DNA of 63,983 nt, filler included, from Ionaspis alba (Eukaryota): the NCBI GenBank assembly GCA_964255285.1. It is 3 parts of 3 records of this genome, joined end to end, with 100 filler letters (N's around TTAATTAATTAA, not from the genome) between each part and the next. Parts side by side here need not be neighbours in the genome. Positions count along the whole stretch, not along the records: positions 45,714 to 63,983 come from CAXUUL010000292.1; 2 more parts are not named here. One strand, 5' to 3'. A program made the position numbers and the translations under genes. How positions within the stretch are numbered: the stretch's first letter is position 1; each line of letters starts with the position of its first letter. The notes under the pieces were generated by a model. It saw only the letters and a list, made by a program, of their open reading frames with translations, searched no databases and was not told the DNA's origin. Of the stretch, positions 50,901-62,939 are shown piece after piece.

Positions 50901-51642
50901 TATAATCGATCATACATGCTCGTGCATGTGGTATGGACCGTTCCCAAGCCTGGAAACGTGGCATTTGTTACACCACATGTCCGCCTTAGTAGTGCTCGAC
51001 CTTGCCATTATTGTGCGTCTTGGGAATTTTGGCGGTCCAAGACGGATGGCACATCTTCCAGATCCGGCTCTGCAACCAGCCTCACGGGGGCCTGCAAGAT
51101 CTCGTCATCGCGGCTCGGAGAGCTCGTTGACTGGTCGAATGGGGTTCGCCGCCGCTTTGGGCCAGAATAAAATCAATTCCACGTGAAGAATTCGAGGTCG
51201 CCTGCTGATTGGATGTTGGTATTGTCTTTCCATATGCAATCAGGTCTGACAGACCAAAGAAGCTGAGCCCGGCCTCGTGGTCTTTGGGTCTGCCTCAGAT
51301 GTAAGAGCTGAAGATTAGCACTGGATGTCAGAAAGCTACTCGTTTTTCCTAGGCAGGTCCAGATTTTACACCCCAAAAGCTATCTAAACACGCTTTGCAT
51401 CATAGGTCTACTCCCCACCTGGTATGATTGTGGTTATGATGCTCTTTGCAAGGCGACCATCAAGTTTTGGAGCACGGAAAACGGCTTCGAGGCATTCCGG
51501 GTCTAATTCGCTTCTTCGCCGTGATATTGTGTGGCGAGATGGCAGGACAAGGGTATCACGAAGATGAGGGGGGCGCAGGATGGGTCGATTATTGAGTGGT
51601 AGCTTTATGCTTATTATCATAGCTGCACCTCATCAATAGCAC

Positions 51643-52700
51643 TTGATGTTTCGTGTGCATCTTACGGGAGATTTATTGGTTGGAGCTTCCATCGTGTCCG
51701 AAATGCTCCTGGACTATCCTGTTAAGGGTGCCTGGAACCGTTTCGACCATAACGATCTACAGTGGGCATGTGAGGGCCCGACCTTGAGGGGTAGTGCGAA
51801 GCAATATCTTATGGTCGGATGCTCACAAGTGCCGACCGATGTATTATTTGGATATTCGATGCCGGTGCTGGACTTTCAGCAAATTTCCCCCTGTGCCTCC
51901 GAATTTCGGCCGCAGCAATCACGCAGACTGGCAAGGAACACACTGGTCGGTGCGACGAAGCAGAAGAAGGATGAAACAAGAATGATGGTGCTGTCGAGTG
52001 TAACAACGGAAACATTGCTCGGTGACAAAACCATCACTCCAAGCAATAACGATTTCAAATGGCCCCGAGGTTGTTGTTGAGCCCACTATCCACCTATGTG
52101 TAGCTTTCACGATCCATCTGCACAGATCGAACGCTACCAAAGAGCTTGTCCCCACCCAGCGGCCCTGTTCGAGACGTCGAGGAATGTTTGAAGGAAGACC
52201 TGCAGATGACCTGCAATTCTCTTTGGTTCTCAGGTACCGAGCCATATAGCTCGCCTACACCCATAGAACCTGGCCAGCGCTGCCATTGGTGGAATCGAGA
52301 AAAAGAATTGTCCGACATCGTGATTAATGATGTTGTTGATGATGCTGATTCGTTCCTGAACGAAACATGGTGCCAGAGTATGATCGACCCCCAAACAAGC
52401 TCCTGTGAGGCTATGCTGTCAACCGAGACCACGATCGACCTCGTACCCAAGTACCACGGCTGTTGCGATGTTGTCATCACGATTTCATCAACTCGGGGAC
52501 CAAACATTAGGCATTGTTCCGGTTGACTTGTTGAAACAGACTGTGCGAGGCGCAGTTGCCCAAGATGTTGTGGCTTGCGAATAAGGAATCAGATATCCGA
52601 GGCTTCCACCAGGCTTCTCATATGTGGTAACTTCCAACCCGTTTAAGCTTCCTTTTTGACTGCCTCGCTGACCAACGGCTTTGCTCCCTGGAATCAAACG
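51643..52700 (+). pseudogene. Possible degenerate gene (kinase-like fold?)
   Basis: Consecutive same-strand ORFs 51643-52080 and 52146-52526 lack ATG starts. DLVPKYHG resembles the (V/I)P-x-Y-(Y/H)-G block of fungal kinase-like proteins. Weak. Confidence 0.2.
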
Positions 52701-52774
52701 TTGTGCCTAGACACCCTCGGATTGGGGAAACAATAATATGGTCTTACTATCCATTATGTCCAACTCAAACATTC

Positions 52775-53973
52775 TCACCTGCTGTTCTCACGTCTCCACT
52801 CACCTCCGTCTCCTATGTTAGACAAGGCTTCATTTGCAGCGTTGTTTGAGGGTTGTACCTCATCGTCGCTTTCGTAGCTGTCGGGTTCTGCAAGGATGCC
52901 AACAGCTTCCTCAGGTCTTGTGACCGCATCTCTTTCAGTTGAACGAGACTTCGTCTTAGGAGTCTGTTGGGAGTTCAAAACGTTATCATCCGCTGAAACT
53001 GACACTCCTCGTGCACCCCATCCTTTTTTGCTTCCAGCTGGTCCTCTTGTAGGTGCGCCGTTTGATGCATCCGTCGAAACTCTGTTCTCTTCGTCAAAAT
53101 CGGATTCTCCCCTTCCCAATATCTTGCCAACAAGCCAGCCTCGACTTAGGTCCTCAGAATCGACTACGCCACCATTTCGTAGTTTGACACGTTGTCTTGT
53201 CCAGTATACCCAGGCGAAGTCAGCGTAGAGGGCAGTCTGCACTATCCCGAAGATCACCGAAATCGCATTGACCGGCTCATGTTTCGCTCCCTTCACTATC
53301 CAATTGAGAATATAGAAAGCTCGATAGGAACCAAGCGTAAGAAGATAAAAAGAGTCAATGACTGTTGGTACCGTCGTCTCTCGAAGCAGCAGGAGTTGTG
53401 GTAGGACACACACAGATTCGAGAATCTGGGAGAACACCCAGAGAAGCTGTGACATCTATCAGCAGTCTTCACCCTCAAGTCTCTGATACAACATACCTCA
53501 CCAAGAGGCAAAATATGTCGCTGGAAGATCAACATCACGAAAGGGGCAGCTATGGCTGATCCAATCAAACAGACACCTGCAAACTTCCAAGCCTTCTCAC
53601 GTTCCCTCGTTCGAGCAAAGAGAAACATCATGATGAAGATGATGTATGCCGAGGATAGGAGATAGAATATCTTGAAGGTGAGGTTCCAAGCTGTTTGAAC
53701 GCCCCAGAAGAGGTCGAGGTATCGCGTGATGAAGACCAGCATATACATTATCTGGGTAAGGAGCGAGACGCCTTTGATAGTAGACATCAGTATAGCACGA
53801 CCTCTCAGCGCAAAGTGACCGACCTTCAGCGCTCCTATTGACGTGTATAGCCCATATTAAGATGCATATCGAGACGATGTGGGAGACCTACAATATCGAT
53901 TAGCGCTGTCTTTAGCAAGACCGTCTTCAGGCTATACATCTCCCAGTATCCGAAAGACGTTCATCTCGGCCAT
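52775..53973 (-). CDS. ER lumen protein-retaining receptor (Erd2/KDELR family) with long C-terminal tail
   Basis: Exons 53973-53938, 53887-53824, 53771-53497, 53446-52775. MNVFRILGD, SAEGVSLLTQ, RYLDLF, LESVCVLPQL, LGSYRAFYILNW, VQTALYADF. Confidence 0.92.
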
Positions 53974-54464
53974 ACTGGTTATGGTACCCGGTGAACCTGG
54001 TGAAGCCAACTTAAGGGGTCTAGGCTGCACGCGAGGTAGTTCCGACCGGCAGAGCTGTTACTCTGCCCGGGCGCAGAACCTGCGATGGGCCTTGCCAAGT
54101 CCTGCGAGGTATGGAGACTGGGTGATTAGGCGTACACAACTTCTTCAGATTTCGAAGCTATATAGGCAAATGCGATTCGCGATCGACGACAACAGCCAAT
54201 CCAGAAAGGATCTAACGGAGTTCGGGGCTGACGAGGCGGCCGGTGCCAAGACCCGAGCATGCCGAGGTGTGGGAGCTCGCACCGAATGTCAACAACTTGA
54301 AGCGGAAGAAGTCGAGTAATATAAGACGATCTTGTGCCAGCTTCATACCACTAACACCTTGACTTTGACGATTGTCATTTCACTGAAGTCATTAAATAAC
54401 AAAAACTATACTGACCCTTCGAACGTTGACTAACCTCAAGTTCAAGAGATTCGACACAATTACC

Positions 54465-55058
54465 ATGGACTCAAACGCAGCTACTATCCGCACCCTTCAA
54501 GCCATTGGCATCACCACCTCTGCGTTTCTCTCAGGTTTGTCCTTTGATCATCCGAGCGAAACTTGCTTCCTCCTGTGAGTCTCCCACTTACACAACCCTT
54601 CAGGCGCTACTCTTTCCATCTCCGTCTTTTCAGTCCCCGCTCTCCTCCTCGCGTCTAATACTCTACTCCCTCGCCAATGGGAAGCAATATACAGCCGGGG
54701 CAAAGCGATGTCTCCGCCTATTGCCGCCGTCTCCGCCACCTGCTCCGGCTATCTTGCCTACCACTTCTACAACGCGCCCCTCGGCTCACCACGGTGGGAG
54801 CTCTATGCCTTGGCCGCAGCCTCGACTATAGCGATCGTCCCCTATACTTTGATATTCATGGCGAAGACCAACGCTAGACTGACTGAAAAGGCGCGGGAGG
54901 CTGGCGCTCTGGATGCCAAAGAGCATGTGACAGAGGTTGGGCTTGCTAAGGGAACCTCTGCAAAGGAATTGCTGGATTGGTGGGGTGTGCTCAATGCTTG
55001 TCGAGCCTTGTTTACGCTTGCAGGCGCTGTTTTGGGATCTGTAGCTACCTTGGGATGA
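54465..55058 (+). CDS. DUF1772 / anthrone-oxygenase-like membrane protein
   Basis: Exons 54465-54534 and 54604-55058. RQWEAIYSRG, IVPYTLIFMAKTNARL, ELLDWWGVLNACR. Confidence 0.85.
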
Positions 55059-55561
55059 CTTATCGCGCCAGAAAATATGGGCTGTTTTGGCTAGGTTTGT
55101 TGATCTATATATGCTAGCTGGACCCGTTTATAGTTGCAATCGGTCACGATGATGCGAGGATATCTAAAAGAAAGACAGTATATTCCCCTCCATGAAAAAA
55201 CAGCTCTCTCGTTTCTGCGTATGCTAGGTGAATAGCCCTTCGAACCTACGCCAAGCGACAATAACGTTAACGGATTCACTGTTCTGAGGACTGCCGTTCC
55301 AACCCTCAAATAGAGCATGGAACCTCGTTGCCAGGAAGTCCCCAAAGGTCAATCAAGCCTTTTGTTTGATTCAGCAGCATATTGGCTAGCTCGAAAACCG
55401 GGCACTGAGATGAAAGGTCACGTTATCAAGCGGCTGTGACGGAATGCCAAAGCTCTTTCCCCAATTGATTTCATTTTCTCTTATTATAAGAACATTTGTT
55501 ACCCTTTGTCAACCTCGTGTGCATACCAGAACTCAACGAAGCATCCTTTCCACTCTCTACA

Positions 55562-57137
55562 ATGTCGAAAGATAGTAAAACCTCGAAATACTCGCACTTG
55601 CCTCTAACGATTTCTGGTCCACAAGAATGCCCCTTAAGCGTAAGGAGGTGGCCTTCCAGTCTCCATTATTACTAAAGGCAGTATATCAGGGAGCGGATCT
55701 CCTGAAAGAGCCATACTTCAACAAAGGCTCCGCCTTTCCGGCTGATGAACGGGACATCTTCAAGCTCCATGGCCGACTTCCTGCCAATATTGATACGCTC
55801 GAGGAACAGGTCACGAGGGCTTACCAACAGTACAGCAGTCGTGCAGATGATTTGGCGAAGAACACTTTCCTGAGCAGCTTGAAGATCCAGAATGAAGTGC
55901 TCTACTATAGGGTATGTTATGGGCCCGTTCATGAGAGTAATTACATAAAGATGTCGCGCTGATCGGCATATCTCATGAATAGCTCATACAAGACCACCTA
56001 AAGGAGATGTTCAGTGTGGTGTACACTCCAACTGAGGGAGACGCCATAGCCAACTTCTCAAGGCTGTTTCGGAAACCGGATGGTTGTTTTCTGAACATTC
56101 TTGACCAAGAGAGGGTAGAGGAGGACCTCTCCCAATGGGGAAGTGCAGCTACCGTTGACTACATTGTTGTCACTGACGGAGAAGAAGTATGTCCTTTGCC
56201 ATCTCGGCTGACAGCATGAGCGCTGCTGACAGCGCTTTAGATTCTCGGCATTGGAGACCAAGGTATGAATTCTACTCATATCCTATCTACATAGTGTTCA
56301 CCTTATTTCAGGGGTCGGCGGTATACTCATCTCCATTGCAAAACTGGTCCTTACTACTCTATGCGCCGGAATTCATCCGTATCGGACTCTACCAGTTGTC
56401 CTTGATTGTGGCACGGATGTATGAAATTGCTTCCATTGCCATTTCGANNNNNNNNNNNNNNNNNNNNNNNNNNNNNNNNNNNNNNNNNNNNNNNNNNNNN
56501 NNNNNNNNNNNNNNNNNNNNNNNNNNNNNNNNNNNNNNNNNNNNNNNGAAGAAGTTGTTAAGGAGATGGCCAAGCATGTGGATCGCCCCATCATATTCCC
56601 GCTTAGCAATCCTACAAGGCTGCATGAAGCTGACCCCAAGGACATCAACGAATGGACAGAGGGCAAAGCATTGATCGCTACCGGAAGTCCCTTCCCCCCT
56701 GTTGAATACAACGGGAAGAAATACGAGGTTTGTACGTTGACTTCAAAGATTCAGCCACAAGTATCTGCATTCGAGCTGACGAACGAATAGCTGAAGCAAA
56801 CAACAGTGTGACATTTCCAGGAATTGGATTGGGTGCTGTGCTGTCACGCTCGCGCCTACTGTCTGATAAAATGCTGGTGGCCGCAGTCAAGGCACTCGCA
56901 TCCCAGTCTCCCGCGCTGAAGGACCCTGATAAGGGCTTGCTGCCCGACGTCTCAGAGGCGAGAGAGATCAGTGTCCACATCGCCAAAGCAGTAATCAAAC
57001 AAGCGATTGAGGAAGGACTAGCCACAGAGAAAGGCATTCCTGACAAAGATGATGATCTGGATGAGTGGGTGAGGGAGCAGATGTGGGAGCCGCAATATAG
57101 GCCTCTGGTCCTTGTCGAAAAGATTAAGGGTGCCTGA
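55562..57137 (+). CDS. NAD(P)-dependent malic enzyme; central part lost in gap 56448-56547
   Basis: [66 protein letters not shown]; several canonical introns. Confidence 0.93.
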
Positions 57138-57209
57138 GAGTCAGCAATCGGTAGCACCTGCTTCCACTTAGGCAATAGCGTATCGCCTTTGACCAGCTGG
57201 CTATTGAGT

Positions 57210-59237
57210 TCAATAAAGGATAACATCTTCAAGCCCACATTCTCCTGCACCGAGTTTTTCCAGGAACTCTCCGTCCATGGCACCATGGACATAGCACTCC
57301 CCGATCAACTTGAAGCGAGTCCCGAGAGGTCGCAAGACAACAGGAGTACTGCAACCTAGCAACACCCATATAGTATCACCGTGTTGAGCTCTTTTTGGCG
57401 CCAGCCCAAAGAAGCCCCCTGCTGTTATCAGTAGCCTCCGTGCGAATACCAGGTTGGCTGATCGACCAACTGCTTCGGAAAGCTGCCATGTCGTGATACT
57501 CGGTTTAGTGCTCACATATGCATGCGGGAAATAATTCTGAAACTCCCTTCCAAAGATCTGTAAAGTGCTATTACACAGTCGGAACCGGTTATAAGCACTG
57601 TAGTTGAAGCTAGCACTGGCATCGTCAAACTCTGCATGTGGAAAGAGCGGTATCTCGACCAGGCTCCGATACCAATCTGGAACTGGCTCACCCCAGGCGT
57701 CTCTACCGGCCACTAGTGTCTGCCATACCGTGGTATCAACGCATGTCCCGTCACCATATGCATTGGTATCATGGACTGGCTGGACTATATCGTGGTTCAA
57801 CTCTTCGGGATCCCAGCATAAGCAGCCAAGTCCATCGACGACATCGATCCGGAACCCTCTGCAAGACATCTGCCCTTCCTCCAAGAAGTCGACAATCGCA
57901 TCTCTGTCTCCACTTGCACAGAATGGGGTCTTCGACGTCAATTCAAGAGAGACTTGAACTTGACGTCTCCAATCCGGTACCCACGAGGGACAATCCTGCT
58001 GCTTGAGAGGATTAGCTCTACTCTGACAAATGATGTCCAGCTTGTTTGTGGACCGGATAATTGCCTTGGCAAAGTCCGTGTAGACTTCTGGAACTGACAG
58101 GCCATAGCTTGGATGAACGTGATGGACTATGGAAGCATCCATCAAGCCCAATATACCATACACTTTGTCGCGTGAATCTCTTTGCTCTGACCAACGGCTA
58201 GCAAGTAGCAGACGCACAAGGTCAGGGCGATCTTCTCCTGCAGCTTGGGCGTGGCTAAACATTTGGAGCTGCTGCATTCGTTCCAACAAATGTACAACAG
58301 TAGGAGAGGAATACTCGAGTCCGACGTCCTCGTGATCTTTTATGACCTTGGATTTCAGGATCTCTGGATCCACGGTGATCAACTCGACAGCCTGACACAT
58401 TTCAAGCCAATACACAGACCGATTCCCACAGTAGAGCTGCAACATTGTATGGCTCATGGCGATCTCTTGAATGATCCAGAGACGCTTCCAGTATGGTCGG
58501 CTCAGCAAAAGATACAGAGCTCTCCAACTACCAGAAGGAAACGGATCAGTTCCATCACGCAGTATGTGTAGGAACTCCATAGCTTCATCAGTCGACCCAC
58601 GGTTCCGACTTGCCACAGCGACAAGCAGACGAATGGCTTTATCACTTTCCTCCCCTTCGTCACCTAACCAAGCCGTCACGCCAAAAGCGAGCTCGAAGAT
58701 ATCCCGCATGCGCTTGACTTGTACACTGCGTTCTGCAAGGTCATTCTGATTGATGCATAGCGCATCAACCCACAGTAGAAGCCCCTCGACGAAATCAGAC
58801 TTTTGATAGAATATACGCAGCGCAGCTTCAAGGTTCTCAGTCACTTCAATGGGGACTCCGTTGACAATAATAGGGGTTTCTGCAATGCGATCACCCCATA
58901 CATAGGATAGAGCTACATAGTCTCCCCAAACAAATCGCCAAAACATTGCGGTCGATCCGTTTTCGTCCAGTTCCTCGAGTTGTACGTCGGCCTCTTGAGC
59001 ACACGCTACCAACCATGCTTGCTTCAATGCTCGCCGATCGCCACTTAAGCTCGATTTAGCAATATGCTGCCAGTATTTTGGAGCATAATCGTCAAGAGAA
59101 ACATTTTCGAGAGTGCATCTAACGGGTAATATCGATGAATGTGCCTCTGCAGACGCAGATTGAGAACGAGAAGGAAGTAATCTAATCAGTCGAATCTGAT
59201 TTCGGTCTGCATTAAGTGGTTGATAATTCATATTCAT
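57210..59237 (-). CDS. Heterokaryon incompatibility (HET domain) protein, HET-6-like
   Basis: IRLIRL, YVALSYVWGD, LWVDALCINQND..ERSVQVKRMRDIF, YWKRLWIIQE, RDKVYGILGL, PSWVPDW, IGECYVHGAMDGE; intronless. Confidence 0.95.
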   Translation of the reverse strand: MNMNYQPLNADRNQIRLIRLLPSRSQSASAEAHSSILPVRCTLENVSLDDYAPKYWQHIAKSSLSGDRRALKQAWLVACAQEADVQLEELDENGSTAMFWRFVWGDYVALSYVWGDRIAETPIIVNGVPIEVTENLEAALRIFYQKSDFVEGLLLWVDALCINQNDLAERSVQVKRMRDIFELAFGVTAWLGDEGEESDKAIRLLVAVASRNRGSTDEAMEFLHILRDGTDPFPSGSWRALYLLLSRPYWKRLWIIQEIAMSHTMLQLYCGNRSVYWLEMCQAVELITVDPEILKSKVIKDHEDVGLEYSSPTVVHLLERMQQLQMFSHAQAAGEDRPDLVRLLLASRWSEQRDSRDKVYGILGLMDASIVHHVHPSYGLSVPEVYTDFAKAIIRSTNKLDIICQSRANPLKQQDCPSWVPDWRRQVQVSLELTSKTPFCASGDRDAIVDFLEEGQMSCRGFRIDVVDGLGCLCWDPEELNHDIVQPVHDTNAYGDGTCVDTTVWQTLVAGRDAWGEPVPDWYRSLVEIPLFPHAEFDDASASFNYSAYNRFRLCNSTLQIFGREFQNYFPHAYVSTKPSITTWQLSEAVGRSANLVFARRLLITAGGFFGLAPKRAQHGDTIWVLLGCSTPVVLRPLGTRFKLIGECYVHGAMDGEFLEKLGAGECGLEDVILY

Positions 59238-59362
59238 GTAAAGAGCAGTAGATGTCGAGAATGCATCACGTATTTAGGTGGCTGTGACAATATTATTCGA
59301 CCGGACAGGCTGGGTTGACAGAGGAGTATGTGTGACATGTAGATATTATTACTGTGCAGAGC

Positions 59363-59572
59363 GATCCGGAGTAAACAGTGGAGTTGAAGTCGGAGACGAT
59401 GCTTGGCGGGCAGGGATNNNNNNNNNNNNNNNNNNNNNNNNNNNNNNNNNNNNNNNNNNNNNNNNNNNNNNNNNNNNNNNNNNNNNNNNNNNNNNNNNNN
59501 NNNNNNNNNNNNNNNNNGATCCGGAGTAAACAGTGGAGTTGAAGTCGGAGACGATGCTTGGCGGGCAGGGAT
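59363..59572. repeat. Exact 55-bp direct duplication flanking a 100-N gap (likely contig-overlap artefact)
   Basis: 59363-59417 is identical to 59518-59572. Confidence 0.85.
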
Positions 59573-59915
59573 GCTTTGCCGATCTATTGACTTTGTTACA
59601 TACTCTCCACTTCCCAATCAATTGAAACCCCTGGACACAGTGCATCCGCACGTCCATCATCAATAACCAGCGTCCTCGAATATCACGCGGTGCCACATTG
59701 ATCACTTTACCTACGGTTATCCAGCATTTGCTTCACAACAGCACCCAAATACCACACTATGTCAATGACACGCTAGGAATGCTATCGCAATCAAACTCCC
59801 GGAGGTGAGCCCGCTCTGGGAATCCGCCCATCCCACGTTAGAAGACCTCGGCAGCGGCCATTGTACTCGAAAGAAGCATGGACTGCGCGGAGAACAATAT
59901 ACACATTCCTCGACA

Positions 59916-62900
59916 ATGGCTCATGCACATCCGTTGCCGGACGGATTTTGTTTACCCTCACATTTATCGTCGCACCACCTTAACAACCCCACGTACGCCT
60001 CTTCGACGGCTGCGACCCCGAATAGCAGGTTGATAAACTTGCCGCGACAGCAAGACCAGGTCAGTCATCAAAAGCGAAGGCTACAATTACGCAACGCCGG
60101 TTTCCGGGCTCCTGTGCTCCCTGCGCGCCGAATAAGTCCTTTCTTCTCAAATACAACCCCTGTCTTTGAACAGCCCACAAGCGCACAAACCGTCCATAGT
60201 GAGAATTCGCCAGGAGCCTCTGAGAGACGCACTCTCTATGGCGAAGATCTCCCTCCGAGCCCTGTGAGCATCTTACAGGAGATCAGCAACTCATCTCGAC
60301 GGGTTCGTCAGTCTCCAAGGCCTGCAATAAGTACCATATTCCAGGATTCTACTGCTACAGAAGGCACAGATGCTGCAACTTCCTGGTATCACGAAGCCAG
60401 CAACAATCCATCCCCGTTACAACAACCAGAGAAGTCGCCTAAGATGCCGAAGCTACGAGAGGTGTCGTTGAATGAGAAGACACCTCCGATTTTCAATTCA
60501 CCACCTGCGAAGCAGGCCAAAGGGCGCAAGAAGACGAAGCTTCACCTTCGTTCGGCGAGTTTCGAAGCGACCAAATACATCGAGCATCTAGAATCGCAAC
60601 TTGGATCTCTGAATACAAGAATGGAGGCCCTTACCTCTCCAACAACCGCAAAAACCCAAGCGGCAAAGCTCCGAGGATTACATAGTCAGGTACGATCACA
60701 AAGGCAGGAGCTTTCCGAATGGGAAAAGAAGTTCGGAGAAAGAGTGGACGATGAGATCTATCGAAGAACAAAATTGGAGGCAGGACTGAAGTTGAGGATA
60801 CAGACACTGGAAGAAGAAGCTCAGGTCAAGGACATGAAGATCAAAGAGCTTGGTTGGGAACTGGAAAGCGCGTTGATCAAGGCCAGGGAAGCCGAATCGT
60901 TGGGAACAACAAACCAGAACCTTGAACGAAGAGTCGATGTCTTGACAGAGCTCCTTGCTCAATCGCCAACCAGGACGAGTTTGCACTCTGCTTCAGCTCC
61001 AGGAGGTAATGACTCTGTCGCAAGTCCTAAGCGAACACCGCGTCCAAAGTCCCTCATGTTGCCCAGAATACCATCCTCTCCTGGAGCAACAAGATTTTCG
61101 TCGAACATTGGTATAGATACTTCGGCATGGTACGGACGGAATTCATTATCAGCATCGAGTATCTCTGAGAGTCCTGATGAAGAAATCACGCAATCGCTGG
61201 ACGGAGCACTAGCCGCGGCCGCCCACAATAGCTTGGACTTCAGTAATACTCGTTCAACGTCGGTGCAGTCAAGCATAGATCAAGCTACCTTCTCCCGCCC
61301 TGGAGCATCGGTATCCTCTCGACCTACATCCGTCATTTCGAGTTCTTCGTTTGGTGCTTCATGGGGTCTACCACCGCCGGTGGGCGTCTCTGAAGATCCT
61401 CGATCCGCTAGCCGACCGCGGAAGATGCGTCGCTTCCCTTCTGGCTCATGTGCATTGAAACCCCTGGTTCTCCCAACTACTACTGTTACCCAGTCATTAC
61501 CTGCATCTGCGCCTGTTCACGGGAGCTACGATTACCCGTCAAGAGAAGCATCAAATAGCTCAATTGATCCAACGAGTGCCGTTTTATCACGACCTCAAGA
61601 CCGTTCACCGTTTGTCACACCGACCCAGCCAGTTCGCCGCCGGTCCGCCACATGGGCTCAGAATCAGGCCTTGAAGGCATTAGAGGGCAAAGCGCAATGG
61701 ACGCCAGATGATGAGATTTGCCACTCGGAATCTAAAGATGCAGCGCACGAGGTCTTGTTCGACGAAGAGAAAAGTATTACAGTCGAAGATCTACCATCGT
61801 CAAGACTTACCAAAAGACGCAGTCTCCAAGCAGAACTAGAACAAGCTCAGAAGCTTGGTCTCGGGATGTCGGATGTTACCAGTGCTTCTGCAGATGGTTC
61901 AGCCAAGTGCGATACTGACAAGACATACCGTGTTCGGTCCCCAGAGGGAGAACTTATTCTAGGTGCACTCAAAGCTGCCTACCATCCATCTCATCGCTCA
62001 CCCCTCCTTCGCCGGCATTGTTCTTCAGAGCAATCGGTGTCAATACCGGAACATTCACCACGAAGCTCTGCACTTCCGCCGTCACCTGAGAAGACATCTG
62101 CGAGCTCCGCTCTCATCTCTAACAACCCCGTCACTATCTTCTCTCGGCTGCCCGGTCTTGTCACCTCAATCAAACACGATCCCCTGTCTCTCGCCAGAAC
62201 AATCCTCCGTAACGCGTGGAGCACCGGCCGCTCTTCGAGGCTTGGTGGCTTGGGCTGGTGGCTACTAGGTCTGATTTTTCGTTCTCGTCGGAAGAAGCGA
62301 ACAGACAAGGCTGACGAGAAAGTAGTTGAGGAAGAGCCGGCGCCAGGCTGGGATTGGAGTCCCTATTCGGCAGAAGCGAGTAAGAGGAGGAGAGTCGATA
62401 GCCATGTGCAGGAGATGCGGGACCAGACAAGAAAGCGTACGAGTAGGGACGAGCTGGGGAGGGCCGAGCACAGGGACGATTGCAAGGGAGTGGAAGAGAT
62501 GGCAGTGTCTCCATCTGCGCTGCGCATCTTCGAAGTCCCGATTCAACCGCTCGCCTATCGATGTGAGGACTGCGTCGAACCGTCTTCTCGGCGCAGCTTT
62601 AGGCTCTGGCTCCGCTTCTCCCTCGCAATCGTCCTTGCGATCGGTGTGGCAATAAAGGATGGCCCTGGTGCGCTACTTGTTGATATGCCACTGCAGCACC
62701 GACTTATAGACGAGCCAGCTCGGAGAAAAAGAGATCAGACAGTGCATCATGACGAGCGTAGCTTTTCGAGGACTCGACGAAGTGAGCAACGCACACAGCC
62801 CGTTCCGAATCGAGAACTTTCAACTACTAAGGGACAGGGTGGTAGAAAGACCCCAAACCCCAACGAAGGATATTGGGGATGGGAGGCAACATTTGTGGAA

Positions 62901-62939
62901 AACTTGGGGCCTGCAGACTTTCAGAGAGTATCACTATAG
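59916..62939 (+). CDS. Uncharacterised fungal protein with coiled coil and C-terminal hydrophobic segments
   Basis: About 1007 aa from ATG 59916 (59805 is GTG). Coiled coil KYIEHLESQL..NLERRVDVLTELLAQSP; hydrophobic LGGLGWWLLGLIF and WLRFSLAIVLAIGVAIKDGP. Confidence 0.85.
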   Translation: MAHAHPLPDGFCLPSHLSSHHLNNPTYASSTAATPNSRLINLPRQQDQVSHQKRRLQLRNAGFRAPVLPARRISPFFSNTTPVFEQPTSAQTVHSENSPGASERRTLYGEDLPPSPVSILQEISNSSRRVRQSPRPAISTIFQDSTATEGTDAATSWYHEASNNPSPLQQPEKSPKMPKLREVSLNEKTPPIFNSPPAKQAKGRKKTKLHLRSASFEATKYIEHLESQLGSLNTRMEALTSPTTAKTQAAKLRGLHSQVRSQRQELSEWEKKFGERVDDEIYRRTKLEAGLKLRIQTLEEEAQVKDMKIKELGWELESALIKAREAESLGTTNQNLERRVDVLTELLAQSPTRTSLHSASAPGGNDSVASPKRTPRPKSLMLPRIPSSPGATRFSSNIGIDTSAWYGRNSLSASSISESPDEEITQSLDGALAAAAHNSLDFSNTRSTSVQSSIDQATFSRPGASVSSRPTSVISSSSFGASWGLPPPVGVSEDPRSASRPRKMRRFPSGSCALKPLVLPTTTVTQSLPASAPVHGSYDYPSREASNSSIDPTSAVLSRPQDRSPFVTPTQPVRRRSATWAQNQALKALEGKAQWTPDDEICHSESKDAAHEVLFDEEKSITVEDLPSSRLTKRRSLQAELEQAQKLGLGMSDVTSASADGSAKCDTDKTYRVRSPEGELILGALKAAYHPSHRSPLLRRHCSSEQSVSIPEHSPRSSALPPSPEKTSASSALISNNPVTIFSRLPGLVTSIKHDPLSLARTILRNAWSTGRSSRLGGLGWWLLGLIFRSRRKKRTDKADEKVVEEEPAPGWDWSPYSAEASKRRRVDSHVQEMRDQTRKRTSRDELGRAEHRDDCKGVEEMAVSPSALRIFEVPIQPLAYRCEDCVEPSSRRSFRLWLRFSLAIVLAIGVAIKDGPGALLVDMPLQHRLIDEPARRKRDQTVHHDERSFSRTRRSEQRTQPVPNRELSTTKGQGGRKTPNPNEGYWGWEATFVENLGPADFQRVSL

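Noticed and set aside
48000..51600. Short ORFs upstream of the Myb-like gene
   Set aside because: No recognisable protein motifs or transposon hallmarks; likely a long regulatory region plus a gap.
56448..56547. Apparent internal deletion of malic enzyme, and truncations of DOA10 and ALG12
   Set aside because: All coincide with N gaps; assembly artefacts, not pseudogenisation.
59363..59572. 55-bp direct repeat flanking Ns, resembling a TSD or LTR
   Set aside because: Exact duplication abutting both gap edges; most simply an unmerged contig overlap (55 is a common assembler k-mer).
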